A stretch of DNA of 64,000 nucleotides from a virus (lineage: Duplodnaviria; Caudoviricetes): IMG/VR virus record IMGVR_UViG_3300044981_000214. One strand, given 5' to 3'. Below the pieces are notes generated by a model. That model was not told where the DNA came from, searched no databases, and was given only the letters and a program-made list of their open reading frames with translations. The position numbers were made by a program, and so were the translations under genes. Every line of letters starts with the position of its first letter. Position 1 is the stretch's first letter. This document shows, in pieces, positions 34,269 through 44,757 of this stretch.

Positions 34269-37200
34269 TTGCGATTTCTTTCGAGCGCCAGCGTCAAAAT
34301 TCTTTGTGCTCGTTCAATCATTGATTGCGCGCCTGATACACCGTGAATGGCGTCCATGTCAACCATCCCACGTGCACTATGAATCCATTCTGAAGCAATT
34401 TCTAATAAGCGATCCAGGGAATGCTTTTGGAAGTATTCACGATCTTCTTCAAGGGAAAAATTGTTCATTTACCGATAGCCTTTAACACAGCCGCGATAGC
34501 ATCGAGAACTTCATCAGCAGAAGGCATGGATGGAATAGCTGAATCGGTGTTGGCCAACGCAACGATTTTATCCATTATTCGTGGATCTACCGTTGGGCGG
34601 CTTGTTTCTCCTGGAATACCGTATTGAACTCCATTATGGAGGCTATACTTATCGCATTCACTGCTGCAGTACACTCGGGCTGGACCGCCTTTAGTTGTAT
34701 TTTTATGTACCCGCCACGGCTCAGGTAGCGTGTGCCAGTGGATCTTGGGTTCATCCCAATAAGACGTCAATTCACCTGTGCAAGAAATAGCTTTACTGCA
34801 GGTATCACAAATAAGTGTCCCGTGAATTAAGGCAGGCATTTATTTTCTTGGATAGCTAATGTGGCGAAGCCTCGCTGTCTCATAGTCCATCGGGCCTTCA
34901 CAATCGATCATCCACGAACGCTTAGGTTCGTTTACTAGGAACTCAGCGGTGGACTCACTTATCCGTTCGATAGACTGAACGATGTCCTTGATAACGTGAA
35001 TCTTGAAGTCAACAGACAGAGGGCAGAGATTGCCTGTATCTGCTTGCACGAACGCAGGGCAACGTTCACAAACACACCCGATGCGAATATAGTCGGTTGT
35101 GGGGCTGGTCGATGGCGGTACATCTAGACATCCGTTCGCATAGCTGAGCTTACCGTCTTCTATGATCACAAAGCCGAGGACGCATTTGAAGTCCTTGGTC
35201 TGAAATTCCATATTGCTAAGGTCGTGGCCTTCCGAACAGACGAACCTTGGATCGCTCACTCTAACGTAATCGAACATGCCCATAAATTTGTGCCTTGTTA
35301 GCCTTGGCTAAGTCTACGCCACTCAAGCCAACGTTTGTGCAACGTTGAGCCGTCCTGTATAGGGCTGCCCAAGAACGCGCACACCTCGTCAATTGCTTCA
35401 CCTGCATCTCTTAACGCGGCACGAAGTTTTACTACCTCGGTGAGCATCCCTGGAGCGCTGTTCAATAGTTCAGCTATCGCTTCAGCTACAGGCTGGTCAA
35501 TGTCGCTTGAGATTGTGACACATTCATCATCGTGTAATTCAGAACCTGATGGGATATAGACTAGGCGGTCCTCGATGTCCACGAAGTCGGCAACGTTACC
35601 GACTCCACGATCTTCTGTATGCGCTGGATCGAACACGAAACGGCCATTAAAGCCATCACACAACTTACGCGCCTGTTTGATGTCGAAGCTCATTTATTTC
35701 TCAACTAAGAACTGTAGATAATCGCAGCAAGCCAACCTGACTGCCACGCTATAGACTTAGGGTATGTTCCGCGTTCACGATTGTCTCCGCAACGCATAAA
35801 GCCGACTAACTCCTCAATGATCATATCATGATGGCCTTCATGAAGCATTCGCGCCGCGATTGACGCTGCACGCTTCTCGATTCGGACAGCGTCTCGGAGT
35901 CTCATAAAAACCGTTTTTGAGAGGCTATTAGCATGTCCTAATATGTATTGTGCTCGCCTTCGAGAGCATCTAGACAAGCTTGAATAAGTGCACGTAGTCT
36001 ATTTCTAGACACAACCAGAACAGGTTCGGCACCTTGATCGGTATAGATTACAACTTCGCCGCATTGATCATACCCATGCCACTCTCCACTGTGTTTCTTG
36101 GTCGTGCCTCGGGCGGTGAAGGCCGTAGCGGTATGTTCCTTACTCTTGGGCAGCATCTTTACGGTACGACTTTGTAGATTGGAGAAGCATCCTCGGAGAC
36201 AGACAAAGTCAAGTCATCGACTAGGTTCCAATCTTGGATAACTTGGGTTGCACCCCCGCACTCTGCAATAACCTTTAACACGTCGTCAACGGTAGGGTTC
36301 TCGGGGGCGTCGTTATCCGGCCAGATCTCGTCGACAGTCAAATCGACATGAGTCTCAATCGAAAAACAGAATTTCTTGTTGCTGGTGTTAGTCATAGCTA
36401 CTCGCGTTCCATATCACACATTTCTTTATAGCGCCGTTCTGCCTCATCACGCGTCAAACCCGGATACGGTCCCGTCCATAGACGGAACTCTTTCTCCATC
36501 ACCTGTGCGCATTCTAGAGCCTCGATGATTTGGACATCGGTTTCTACGTTCTTGCCGAGACGTAGTCGTTCGGCAACCCAAGCGCGAATGGCTACTGGTG
36601 CGGCTGCGTCTCTGCTAAGCAGCACGAACACCATCTCCTTGTCATGTGCATGTTGCATGCAAGTATGTTCTTTGGTCAATTCATCTTTCTTGCGCATTAA
36701 TAGTCTCCAATGTTGTCGATTGACAGCCTAGGCTAGATGCCTTGGCAAAAGCAAGCGAGCGAGGGCAGTCGCCGTAAATTTCACAGCTGCAGTCACTCAC
36801 CCAAGCGGCAGAATGGCCTGTCTTGTATACGCCTAGCCATGCCACGCGGGGCTTCAACTGTTTGCGCTCTTTGTTTGTTAACACGTGCCACCGGCCTGCA
36901 GGGTCCATTTGTAGCAGTAGAAAGCAGCGTGCAGCTTTCTTAGGGGGCAGGCAGCGAGGATGATTTATCATGATCTTCGTGTAAATTCAAAAAGGTCCGA
37001 CTACTTCAATAGGTGCGCGGTCGCGAGGGATAAGTGATACCACTAGATCGTAGTCCTCTGGGAGTGGAAGAAGTCCCATTAATGACTGTAGCGCAGTCTT
37101 ATACAGGCCTAGATCTGGCGTTGTTCCTGCCCATTGTTCTAGCCGCTGTAACGTGTCACGTGCAATTACCTCTAAAGGGGTCAAGCGTAATCCCTTGATC

Positions 37201-37343
37201 TCTTCTTGCAACCTATCAATGTCTTCAAATGTATACTTTAATGCTTGCTTAAGCTCGTGCTTGTGCATCGTCTCGACTAGAGACGATCTGGCAGCTTCAA
37301 GTAGTGCACGGCGGTCATCTGGCGCTGCTGTCATAAAATTCAA
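34265..37343 (-). other. Run of about ten small hypothetical genes
   Basis: Contiguous minus-strand ORFs with overlaps (e.g. MGMFDYV at 35283, FVLLSRDAAAP at 36697). Confidence 0.6.
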
Positions 37344-38416
37344 TAGCCCTCTGGCGGTTTGGCATTGCTATCTGCCCAGATTTGTTTTCGTAACGCTTCA
37401 CGTTCTTCTTCAGTCGGTTCCCGTTTGGGGTCCAGGTATCGATCGGCAGCAGCGATGATGGCATCGACGATCGGTCCACCGATGTTTGACATCTTATAGC
37501 GCCAAGGGACGTTCTGTATATCATTTTCTGCGCTATGACATTTGTGCTGCAGCTCGACCTCAGACCATGGAGGGATGCAGGTCGGATTGTACTCTGACAA
37601 CAATAACTCCATGGCTTGATCCTCGTAGAGGCACCAGCCACGGATAAGCAGCAGCACAGCGTGAAGACAGTCGGCCGAGCCATTCATGCCTTGAATCGCG
37701 GGACGGCCTTCAGCCTTCAAATCTTTCTTAGCCAACTTGACCCGCTGATCAAGCGTGTAGGGTAGGTCTTCTTCATGAGGTCGATTAGCACTAGGGTCAG
37801 ATGAAGCGGCCTTACGCGCCTTTACTGACACAGCGATCTTGTATAGCCAATCCGGCATTGTGGCTATAGGGGCGTTGGGATCGTGCCAGCTATAGTTTTG
37901 TCCTGAGCTGTGCTTACTTGGCGCAAACACTGCCAAGCCTCCGTTGGCGCGAATGTCTATGCCAGGAGCAAGGCGTGCGCGGTTACGAATACGATCAACC
38001 TGAATATCATCGACAGTGAAGAAATAATGCTGGCCGCTATCGATACGGCCAGTCGATTGTGTAAGCGTGAGGGGCAAAGGACTGTATTTCTCTTCTAGAT
38101 TGGCTAGTGATTCGCGCCCGGTCGGACCGTCAACGTCGACACAGATCAAATTCCCTGACGGAGCCCCCATCAATACACCAACGTTGCTCATCGGCTTCAG
38201 GCGCCACCACATCTGAATCATCTCAGGGTCTGTTGAAGCTATTTCTCTCCACTTGAAGAAAAACGGGTGTTTTCCAATAGTTGTGCATTCAGTCTTTTTA
38301 TGACACGAGCAGCTAGGTATTTCGCTGAACGGCCGAAGGTTATGTAACGGTATTACCTTCCAGCCACGTTTCGCATAGCTGAGCGCTGCAAGAGCTAGAG
38401 GATTAAGAGCTGCCAT
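37340..38416 (-). CDS. Bifunctional DNA primase/polymerase (Prim-Pol)
   Basis: GWKVIPL...GKHP...NVGV...VDVD...GQHYFF...IDIRANGG...APSKH; PPWSEVELQHK. Confidence 0.9.
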   Translation of the reverse strand: MAALNPLALAALSYAKRGWKVIPLHNLRPFSEIPSCSCHKKTECTTIGKHPFFFKWREIASTDPEMIQMWWRLKPMSNVGVLMGAPSGNLICVDVDGPTGRESLANLEEKYSPLPLTLTQSTGRIDSGQHYFFTVDDIQVDRIRNRARLAPGIDIRANGGLAVFAPSKHSSGQNYSWHDPNAPIATMPDWLYKIAVSVKARKAASSDPSANRPHEEDLPYTLDQRVKLAKKDLKAEGRPAIQGMNGSADCLHAVLLLIRGWCLYEDQAMELLLSEYNPTCIPPWSEVELQHKCHSAENDIQNVPWRYKMSNIGGPIVDAIIAAADRYLDPKREPTEEEREALRKQIWADSNAKPPEGY

Positions 38417-39021
38417 TTTCGATAAATGCTATTACGTGAGGCGCTTCTGCCCGAACATTAGCAAGGAACTTCTCACCGAATTTAGAGATTTGTATCGGGT
38501 ATAAGCGCCAATAGTCATCGGACTGCGGCTTAGGGCCTGAGTAGGTTATGAAGCCGATCATAGCAAACGTATTAAGTACACCAAAAATAGTCGTTCCGAC
38601 CCAGCCGACAAAATCTACTCCAGGGCGCTCTTTCTGTAGTTTCTTGATCTTATCATCTACACGGTGGATCAGTTGCTCTCCATTTAAAGTCAATTCTTCT
38701 TGAAGTGTTAGTAACACTAGCGATTTAATCGCTAGGCCCTTATCGTAGGTATCCATGATCGTCATTTTGGTTCCTCTAATTAGCGTGCGACAAAATCAAC
38801 TTGTACCCAACCTCCATCACAGCGTGACCTAGCTCGACTTCTACGGATCGTACGTGATTGGTTGCCCGCGCTCTACAGTTATTCTGGTCGATGCAGTTGG
38901 CTACGAACGTCCAGTTGCTGACAGTGGTAGTGTAAACACCCGGTGCTTCCTGTCGCCATGCACGGGCTGTACGGAACGCGTCAGCAAGTTCTCGCAGCTC
39001 TTCTGGCGAAATGCGTCTCAT
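38403..39021 (-). other. Two hypothetical genes (38403, 38776)
   Basis: Operonic ORFs. Confidence 0.55.
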
Positions 39022-39488
39022 TGCGGCCCATAGAGCTTTACAAGCAAACCGGGCAACGGTTGTAGTGCATCGACAATCATCGGCCTGACGTTAGCCCAGT
39101 TGAGACCGCCGTTCTTGCAACCGAGTGCAGGCACAGCGATAGACTCGATACGGACGAGCTTGATGCATCTTACTAAGTCAACCAGACCGTCCCTTATCCA
39201 GTGGATTTGGCTTGGGTTACGCCAATGGTTCTTGGTTGGGAAGTTAAGAATATATCGAGGTTTAGTTAACCAGCGGTCATGAACCTTAAGGTAGTGAAAG
39301 AAAATATGTCCAAGCTTAACCTCGCCGTCTAGGCACGCTCTGACATAGTCTTTATAGTTTTCCGGGTATCGGTACTTGAAAGCTAGTGCTAGGCCCTTGC
39401 CCATCACACCTACACAGTTTACCGTGTTGACCAATGCGTCGGTGTCTGCTTCTAATAAGTCGCCTGCGCAGTCCTCGATCGTGGCCAT
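39018..39488 (-). CDS. Macrodomain protein (DarG/TARG1-like ADP-ribosyl hydrolase)
   Basis: GDLL...VNTVNCVGVMGKGLAL.FK...NFPTK.HW...PALGC.NGGL.W. Confidence 0.9.
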   Translation of the reverse strand: MATIEDCAGDLLEADTDALVNTVNCVGVMGKGLALAFKYRYPENYKDYVRACLDGEVKLGHIFFHYLKVHDRWLTKPRYILNFPTKNHWRNPSQIHWIRDGLVDLVRCIKLVRIESIAVPALGCKNGGLNWANVRPMIVDALQPLPGLLVKLYGPQ

Positions 39489-39490
39489 AC

Positions 39491-39796
39491 TTACGTTGTC
39501 CGCGGGAGAATTTCTGCAGCGATCAATTGCTGTTCAGCGTGGTCGGCAAGTCTACGCAAGTTGCGCAAGGCCATTCTAGCGACGTCTTCACGTGATGTTT
39601 GGCCCCAAGCACTTACGATAAGCTTTGGGTTGCCCTCGTTGGTCTCGCCTTCGTAGATATTGACACGATGACCAATCTTACCGTCATCACTGATGCTTGT
39701 CTTACATTCAACCGCTACAGCCTTTGTGTTCATCTTATTTCTCCGTAATTGTTTGAAGTCCGCGTCTAATATCCCAGTCGTCTGGGTCCATGTCAA
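39491..39796 (-). CDS. Hypothetical protein
   Basis: Likely start MNTK near 39733. Confidence 0.5.
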   Translation of the reverse strand: MTWTQTTGILDADFKQLRRNKMNTKAVAVECKTSISDDGKIGHRVNIYEGETNEGNPKLIVSAWGQTSREDVARMALRNLRRLADHAEQQLIAAEILPRTT

Positions 39797-41120
39797 CGTG
39801 TAGCCTCACATGATCGCTAGAATAAAACAGTTTGAACTGTTTGATCATGGCATGAATTTTTTGTCGCAACGTTGGGTGAATCATTTTGCCTGATCGAAGC
39901 TCCAAGACGTATACCAAGGCGGGCAAGGAGTAAGTTACTTGAACCGGCAGTTGGAACCCCATGGCTACGTAGTATTGCTGAAGATCCGCCGATTCACTGT
40001 CCATGTGCCCGTTAGCCAGATTTCTGATTCGTGGCCACTGCGAATGAATCAGCTTTACAGCGGCATCCCGCAAGCCTCCAGTGTCATCGTTGGTGGGGTC
40101 ACCGAGCTGCTCTAGATACCATTTCTCAAACCCGTATGAGGTATCTAGACGGGCCATCCTACAGACGCCGTTCCGATGGCGTTGGATATCTCTAAACGAC
40201 CCGTAGTCTAGCAAGAAAGTATATGAGTACTGGCCCAAGTCACTCAAGAAATGAGGTAGGACACAGCCACGAGGACGTGTAAGCAGGATGTCTTTGTAGC
40301 GTTCGATCTGCTTTAGTTGAACGTTAGTGACCTCGATCAAGACTTCGTCAGACTTGATAGATACTGTTGGGATCGTATAACCGTATGCCTCGCCTACCTT
40401 AGCTTCCCAAGCTTTACGGTCAGCGCGGGCCTCCGCGTCTTTATTGCTGACGCCGCTAACGTTAGCTAGTCCCTTGTCGAAGCCACTAGCCGGGTAACGC
40501 TCGTGGAGTTTGGCTGTGATGTTGGACGCTATCTGTCTGACCTCGGTCAGTGGATGCGCAGCTAGCCAATTAAGCTGGTCACCTGCTTGCCTGAGGTTAG
40601 TATGCCAGCTTAGCTGTGTCGTCATACCAGCGGGAAGAAATCCACGTAGGACGTCGAACGTGCGTGCTGTTATCGCTTTCGCGTAGGTCTCTGGTTTCTC
40701 ATCAGGGCGCTTAGGGTAGCGCTTGCACAGAATCCCACTTACCCGGTCCTGGTTGGTATTGTAGAACTCCATCCAGTCAGATAGGATGCTTCGCGATTCA
40801 GGCGTGTTTAGAGGGTCGACTATCGGTTGCTTATGAAAATCAATGTAACGGGTAGATGACTCTTGTCCGCAATATAACGGATTGTTCTGAATCGCTTTAG
40901 CGGCCAACATGCTCACGCCTTCAATGAAGATCGTGGTACTGCTTGTGTCCGCTATGGACTTGTGACCGTAATTTACGATAAAATTTTCGGTAAATCGTGT
41001 CGATCCGGTCTTCTTAACCTTTTCCAAATGATCGTCAACACTGGCGCTGCTTCGAGAGTACAGCGCTTGGAGCATAGCCGTATTTTCAGGTGTCTCGTTA
41101 TCGAGAATTTTGATTTTCAT
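39735..41120 (-). CDS. thyX: FAD-dependent thymidylate synthase (long tandem-domain type)
   Basis: ALYSRS, YGHKSIAD, ESSTRY, FDVLRGFLP, FRDIQRHR, YVLELRS...HPTLR. Confidence 0.85.
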   Translation of the reverse strand: MKIKILDNETPENTAMLQALYSRSSASVDDHLEKVKKTGSTRFTENFIVNYGHKSIADTSSTTIFIEGVSMLAAKAIQNNPLYCGQESSTRYIDFHKQPIVDPLNTPESRSILSDWMEFYNTNQDRVSGILCKRYPKRPDEKPETYAKAITARTFDVLRGFLPAGMTTQLSWHTNLRQAGDQLNWLAAHPLTEVRQIASNITAKLHERYPASGFDKGLANVSGVSNKDAEARADRKAWEAKVGEAYGYTIPTVSIKSDEVLIEVTNVQLKQIERYKDILLTRPRGCVLPHFLSDLGQYSYTFLLDYGSFRDIQRHRNGVCRMARLDTSYGFEKWYLEQLGDPTNDDTGGLRDAAVKLIHSQWPRIRNLANGHMDSESADLQQYYVAMGFQLPVQVTYSLPALVYVLELRSGKMIHPTLRQKIHAMIKQFKLFYSSDHVRLHVDMDPDDWDIRRGLQTITEK

Positions 41121-41548
41121 AGTGTTACTCGCGGTCTTTGGTATTGAGAGTAGATCTTGTCTAAGATCTTCTCCTTAGTTGATAAGTCCGTTGGTTTAAA
41201 GGTCTTTCTCCAGATTATTCTAGGTGAGAATTCGTCTTCTTCGTAGCGCTCATACTCATTGATCCAGACTTTATGAGAATCGTCGCCAAGATATAGGTAA
41301 TCTGTTAAAAGGCACGGGACAACCTTGTAGCCCTCTAATTCGGCTGCGGTTAATCTGTGATGCCCGTCTACTAGCCTGAATAGTGGGCCGTCAGGAATTA
41401 CTTGTAAGACAGGAAGTTCATCACCGTGTCGCAAGATCGCACGTAATTGTTTAACCTTAAGCGTTCTTACATATTCAGAACGATGACCCTCAGTTCTAGT
41501 TAGTTCTTCTACAGGAATGAAAACGATCTTTTTTTCGGACCGTTTCAT
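41117..41548 (-). CDS. ParB/Srx N-terminal domain protein
   Basis: LPVLQV...LVDGHHRLTAA. Confidence 0.75.
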   Translation of the reverse strand: MKRSEKKIVFIPVEELTRTEGHRSEYVRTLKVKQLRAILRHGDELPVLQVIPDGPLFRLVDGHHRLTAAELEGYKVVPCLLTDYLYLGDDSHKVWINEYERYEEDEFSPRIIWRKTFKPTDLSTKEKILDKIYSQYQRPRVTL

Positions 41549-41554
41549 ATTGAA

Positions 41555-41842
41555 CTACGCTTTCCTGACTAATCCTGCATGGAACTCCGGCACCGCTTCA
41601 ACATCAACCTGAACGTAATACGTTTCACCGTTGATTTTTACACAGACTTCTATTTCATTGAATGGATCACCGCTATCGAATGACTCAGCCGCAAACATCT
41701 CTGCAGCATCCTCAATTTGCATAGCTACATTCAATCTATCTTCAACTGTTACCTGCGTGACTTTATCGTCCTCGTCGGACTGTCCCCAATCGGGGCACCA
41801 AACGGTTGCAACAGTCTTCTTAGCGTTTGTCTCGGTATTCAT
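41555..41842 (-). CDS. Hypothetical acidic protein
   Basis: Operonic ORF. Confidence 0.55.
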   Translation of the reverse strand: MNTETNAKKTVATVWCPDWGQSDEDDKVTQVTVEDRLNVAMQIEDAAEMFAAESFDSGDPFNEIEVCVKINGETYYVQVDVEAVPEFHAGLVRKA

Positions 41843-42255
41843 TGCTTGCTCCTTGCTAGGTCACAAATGTAAGCATAGGCCAGTTCATCACTGGGAAATT
41901 CCATTCCTTGTGCGCAAAACACTGATTGTTTGGTGTCTCCGCTATACACAACCTGATGTCTTAACGCAGTTTTGTAGCCTGATTCGTAGTAGCCTCCACG
42001 CCCAGGTGCATTGGTAACCGGTACGAGGAACCAGACTAGATCAGAAGCAGCAGCCTCCGCAAGATCTTGATTCCCCCATTTGAGGCGGTCCTCTTTACTA
42101 GCGTCACGTGGATTGGCTGATCCGACCTTGGCGATTTCTTCAGGCCAGGTCTGGATCGGTGTGATGAGTCCATCGCGTATGGCGATTTCAGACCACTTTT
42201 TGACGCGTGCTATTTCTTCGGTGGTTGATGCAGCTGCTATGTATACCTTAAACAT
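41839..42255 (-). CDS. Nucleoside 2-deoxyribosyltransferase-like protein
   Basis: VYIAA...QDL...SDLVW...GGYYESGY. Confidence 0.7.
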   Translation of the reverse strand: MFKVYIAAASTTEEIARVKKWSEIAIRDGLITPIQTWPEEIAKVGSANPRDASKEDRLKWGNQDLAEAAASDLVWFLVPVTNAPGRGGYYESGYKTALRHQVVYSGDTKQSVFCAQGMEFPSDELAYAYICDLARSKQ

Positions 42256-42940
42256 TTTTCTCCTATTCAGATGTTTCCAATGGCTACCAGAATCGGGCGA
42301 TCAATGGGATCGAAATCGACACGCATCGTGTAAGGTTCTGGTTTAGTAGTCAACCACGTTACCTTGTAGTCCCAATTACCGCCCAAATTACGTTGTCGTT
42401 GTTCGATGTCGTTGCGCCACTTTTCATACTCAGTCGTGTGTGTCACCGGATTGAAGACGTACCACGTGAGATGGGCCAAAGGCGCTACCCAATCGACTGG
42501 TACAAACCGGTACTCTATTACACCGCGGACGTCCTTTATATTGGACACCCTTCCAGTCTTAGCTGTAGCTGTCGTCATTCTATTGATTCGAGAGCGGGTG
42601 CTGGAAAACACAAACACGGCATAGTCCATCCACCAACACGAAGTGGTTTGTCGAGCTTTATGCGCCAAAAACCTTCAATACTCGATGCGAAACCATTGTT
42701 GACTGCTTCGAGTACCTCACCCGTGTACACGCCGCATTTTACACGTTGGCCGACTGCAACCGGATCCCACGGCGTCCAACGGCACGCTTCAGGATAGCGT
42801 CTCTTGTAGAAAGCCATGATCGCTTTTTGGCAAGCGACACACATGACGAAGGATTCTACACGCGTTGTCATAGCCTCGCCGTGCATGGACTGCCTGCAGA
42901 GTGTTACCCGCTCGTCGTCTCGATAGCCGTGTAAGAACAT

Positions 42941-43510
42941 CTATTTGCCAGTACTCCCGAAACCGTGTTCACCACGGTCGGAGGTTGGCAGACTATCAAC
43001 AAGATCAATAGGCAAGTTGGCAACTCGGGCGATTACGAGCTGCGCTATTTTCATGCCATAGGTAATTTTGAAGGGCACGTAGCTGAGATTCCTAACAATC
43101 AACAATATCTCACCGGTAAATCCAGCGTCTATTGTCCCGGGCGAGTTTGTCAGGGTTATTTCGTATTGTTTAGCTAACCCGGATCGCGGTCGTACTTGAC
43201 CCTCAAAACCTGTTGGGATAGCCAAAGCGATTCCGGTTCCAATGGTGCCTTGTGAGTGACTATGTATCCACCACGGTCTGATACATCCAGACGAGTCTCG
43301 CTTCCAGCACGCAAACAGATCTAGTCCTGCATCGTCACGGTGGGCACGTCGAGGTACTATGGCGTCTGTATGCAAACGTTTAACTAGAAGACGGTCGTGG
43401 AGCGGGTCTAATGGCTGGAACTCTTCTAGATTTTTGATTCTCTTTTCTTGTTCTAGCAGTTTTAGCTCAAGGTCCATCACACGGCATATAAGTCTGTCAT
43501 TCGGGTTCAT
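42941..43510 (-). CDS. dut: Trimeric dUTPase
   Basis: AGLDL, RPRSGLA, GTIDAGFTGE, IAQLV, RGEHGFGSTG. Confidence 0.95.
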   Translation of the reverse strand: MNPNDRLICRVMDLELKLLEQEKRIKNLEEFQPLDPLHDRLLVKRLHTDAIVPRRAHRDDAGLDLFACWKRDSSGCIRPWWIHSHSQGTIGTGIALAIPTGFEGQVRPRSGLAKQYEITLTNSPGTIDAGFTGEILLIVRNLSYVPFKITYGMKIAQLVIARVANLPIDLVDSLPTSDRGEHGFGSTGK

Positions 43511-43513
43511 GAC

Positions 43514-43882
43514 CTACGAAACCTTGTTATCTTCCTTGAGGCGGTCTGCACGTTGCTGGTGGAGTACAGCTGTTCTTGTCTTAGCTTGATCTATCAGGAT
43601 CTCGTCAGGCTCGCCTTCATCTAACGGTGAAACAGTTATTAGATTTTCGGCGTCTGCTGATTGAACGAAGCCGTCCTGCCAGACCAGAGGCTCGACTTTG
43701 TAGCCGTTCCGTTCTAGGCCCCAACCAATTAGGCGAATATGAGAAAGTGATCCGTCGTCTTCGAGGTACCAAGCTACCCAGCTACCTCCAGGTAGAAGCT
43801 GAGCGATTTTGTTATCACAGTTAGAACAGGTTGTATGAGGACAGGTTTTAATATCGTGGTCGTCGTATTTGGCATCAGACAT
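43514..43882 (-). CDS. Hypothetical protein, probable paralog of 44356..44757
   Basis: CxxC...LIGWGL...VEPLV. Confidence 0.55.
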   Translation of the reverse strand: MSDAKYDDHDIKTCPHTTCSNCDNKIAQLLPGGSWVAWYLEDDGSLSHIRLIGWGLERNGYKVEPLVWQDGFVQSADAENLITVSPLDEGEPDEILIDQAKTRTAVLHQQRADRLKEDNKVS

Positions 43883-43885
43883 GAA

Positions 43886-44173
43886 TCACTCCTGGTTGGC
43901 GTTTAGCCATTCAACAATAACCTCTCCATGACAGCGTTTTGGGCTGCACCAACAGGCAAGACGTTTATTTCTTAGTCCCAATACTTGCTGCCTGAAGTCA
44001 ATGTCACGGTCGATACGTTGAAGAAAATACGTCCTGTACTTGATCAAGATCGCGTCACGATCACCTTGCGTTCCGAGATAGAAAGGATTGCCGAAGATGC
44101 TTGACCGGTCAATCTTGACGTCAAATGCATCCGTATGGTGCATGTTGACAATCGTTGTCTCAAGAAAGAGCAT
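43886..44173 (-). CDS. DUF4326-family protein
   Basis: IDRSSIFGNPF...LRNKRLACWCSPKRCHGEVI. Confidence 0.85.
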   Translation of the reverse strand: MLFLETTIVNMHHTDAFDVKIDRSSIFGNPFYLGTQGDRDAILIKYRTYFLQRIDRDIDFRQQVLGLRNKRLACWCSPKRCHGEVIVEWLNANQE

Positions 44174-44355
44174 CGATCAACGTAAGGTTTTAGGCACAGC
44201 ACCGCCTGCAGCGCGGTAAATCTTCACGCAGGCAGAAACCATCGGGTCAGCCATATCATCACTACCGTCATTGGCGAAGGCATACTCTGGATTTCCGCCG
44301 GATAGATGTCCGATCAGTTCGTACACAGCTTTACATTCTTCCTTGGTCAAGTTGA

Positions 44356-44757
44356 TCATGCCAAATCACTTTCTTTCGTCATCGCTGCTCGATGTTCGGC
44401 TACAAGCTCATCCATCGCCTCACGATACTCTATAAGAAGCTGGTCGCCTACAGCCTCAACTTCGTCAACGCTTGCCACACCCATATAGTTACCAAACTCA
44501 GTCGCGTCGACAATCTCTCCGTTAGCACAAACCATAGGGTGAACCGCTGTCTGTCCGTTATACTCCACTAGAGCCCAGCAGACAATTTGCATTAGCTCGG
44601 GACTATTACTGGAGTCTTCATCAGCGTCATGATCAGGTGCCAGCATCACAACAACGTCATTACAGGCGTTGGAGGTAAGCCCAATCGTCTTGAAAATTGC
44701 TCCGCCACAACCAGGACATACGTCATGATGCGTCTCTTCGTCTTTCTTGTCTTTCAT
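44356..44757 (-). CDS. Hypothetical protein
   Basis: CPGC...IVCWALV...VHPMV. Confidence 0.55.
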   Translation of the reverse strand: MKDKKDEETHHDVCPGCGGAIFKTIGLTSNACNDVVVMLAPDHDADEDSSNSPELMQIVCWALVEYNGQTAVHPMVCANGEIVDATEFGNYMGVASVDEVEAVGDQLLIEYREAMDELVAEHRAAMTKESDLA

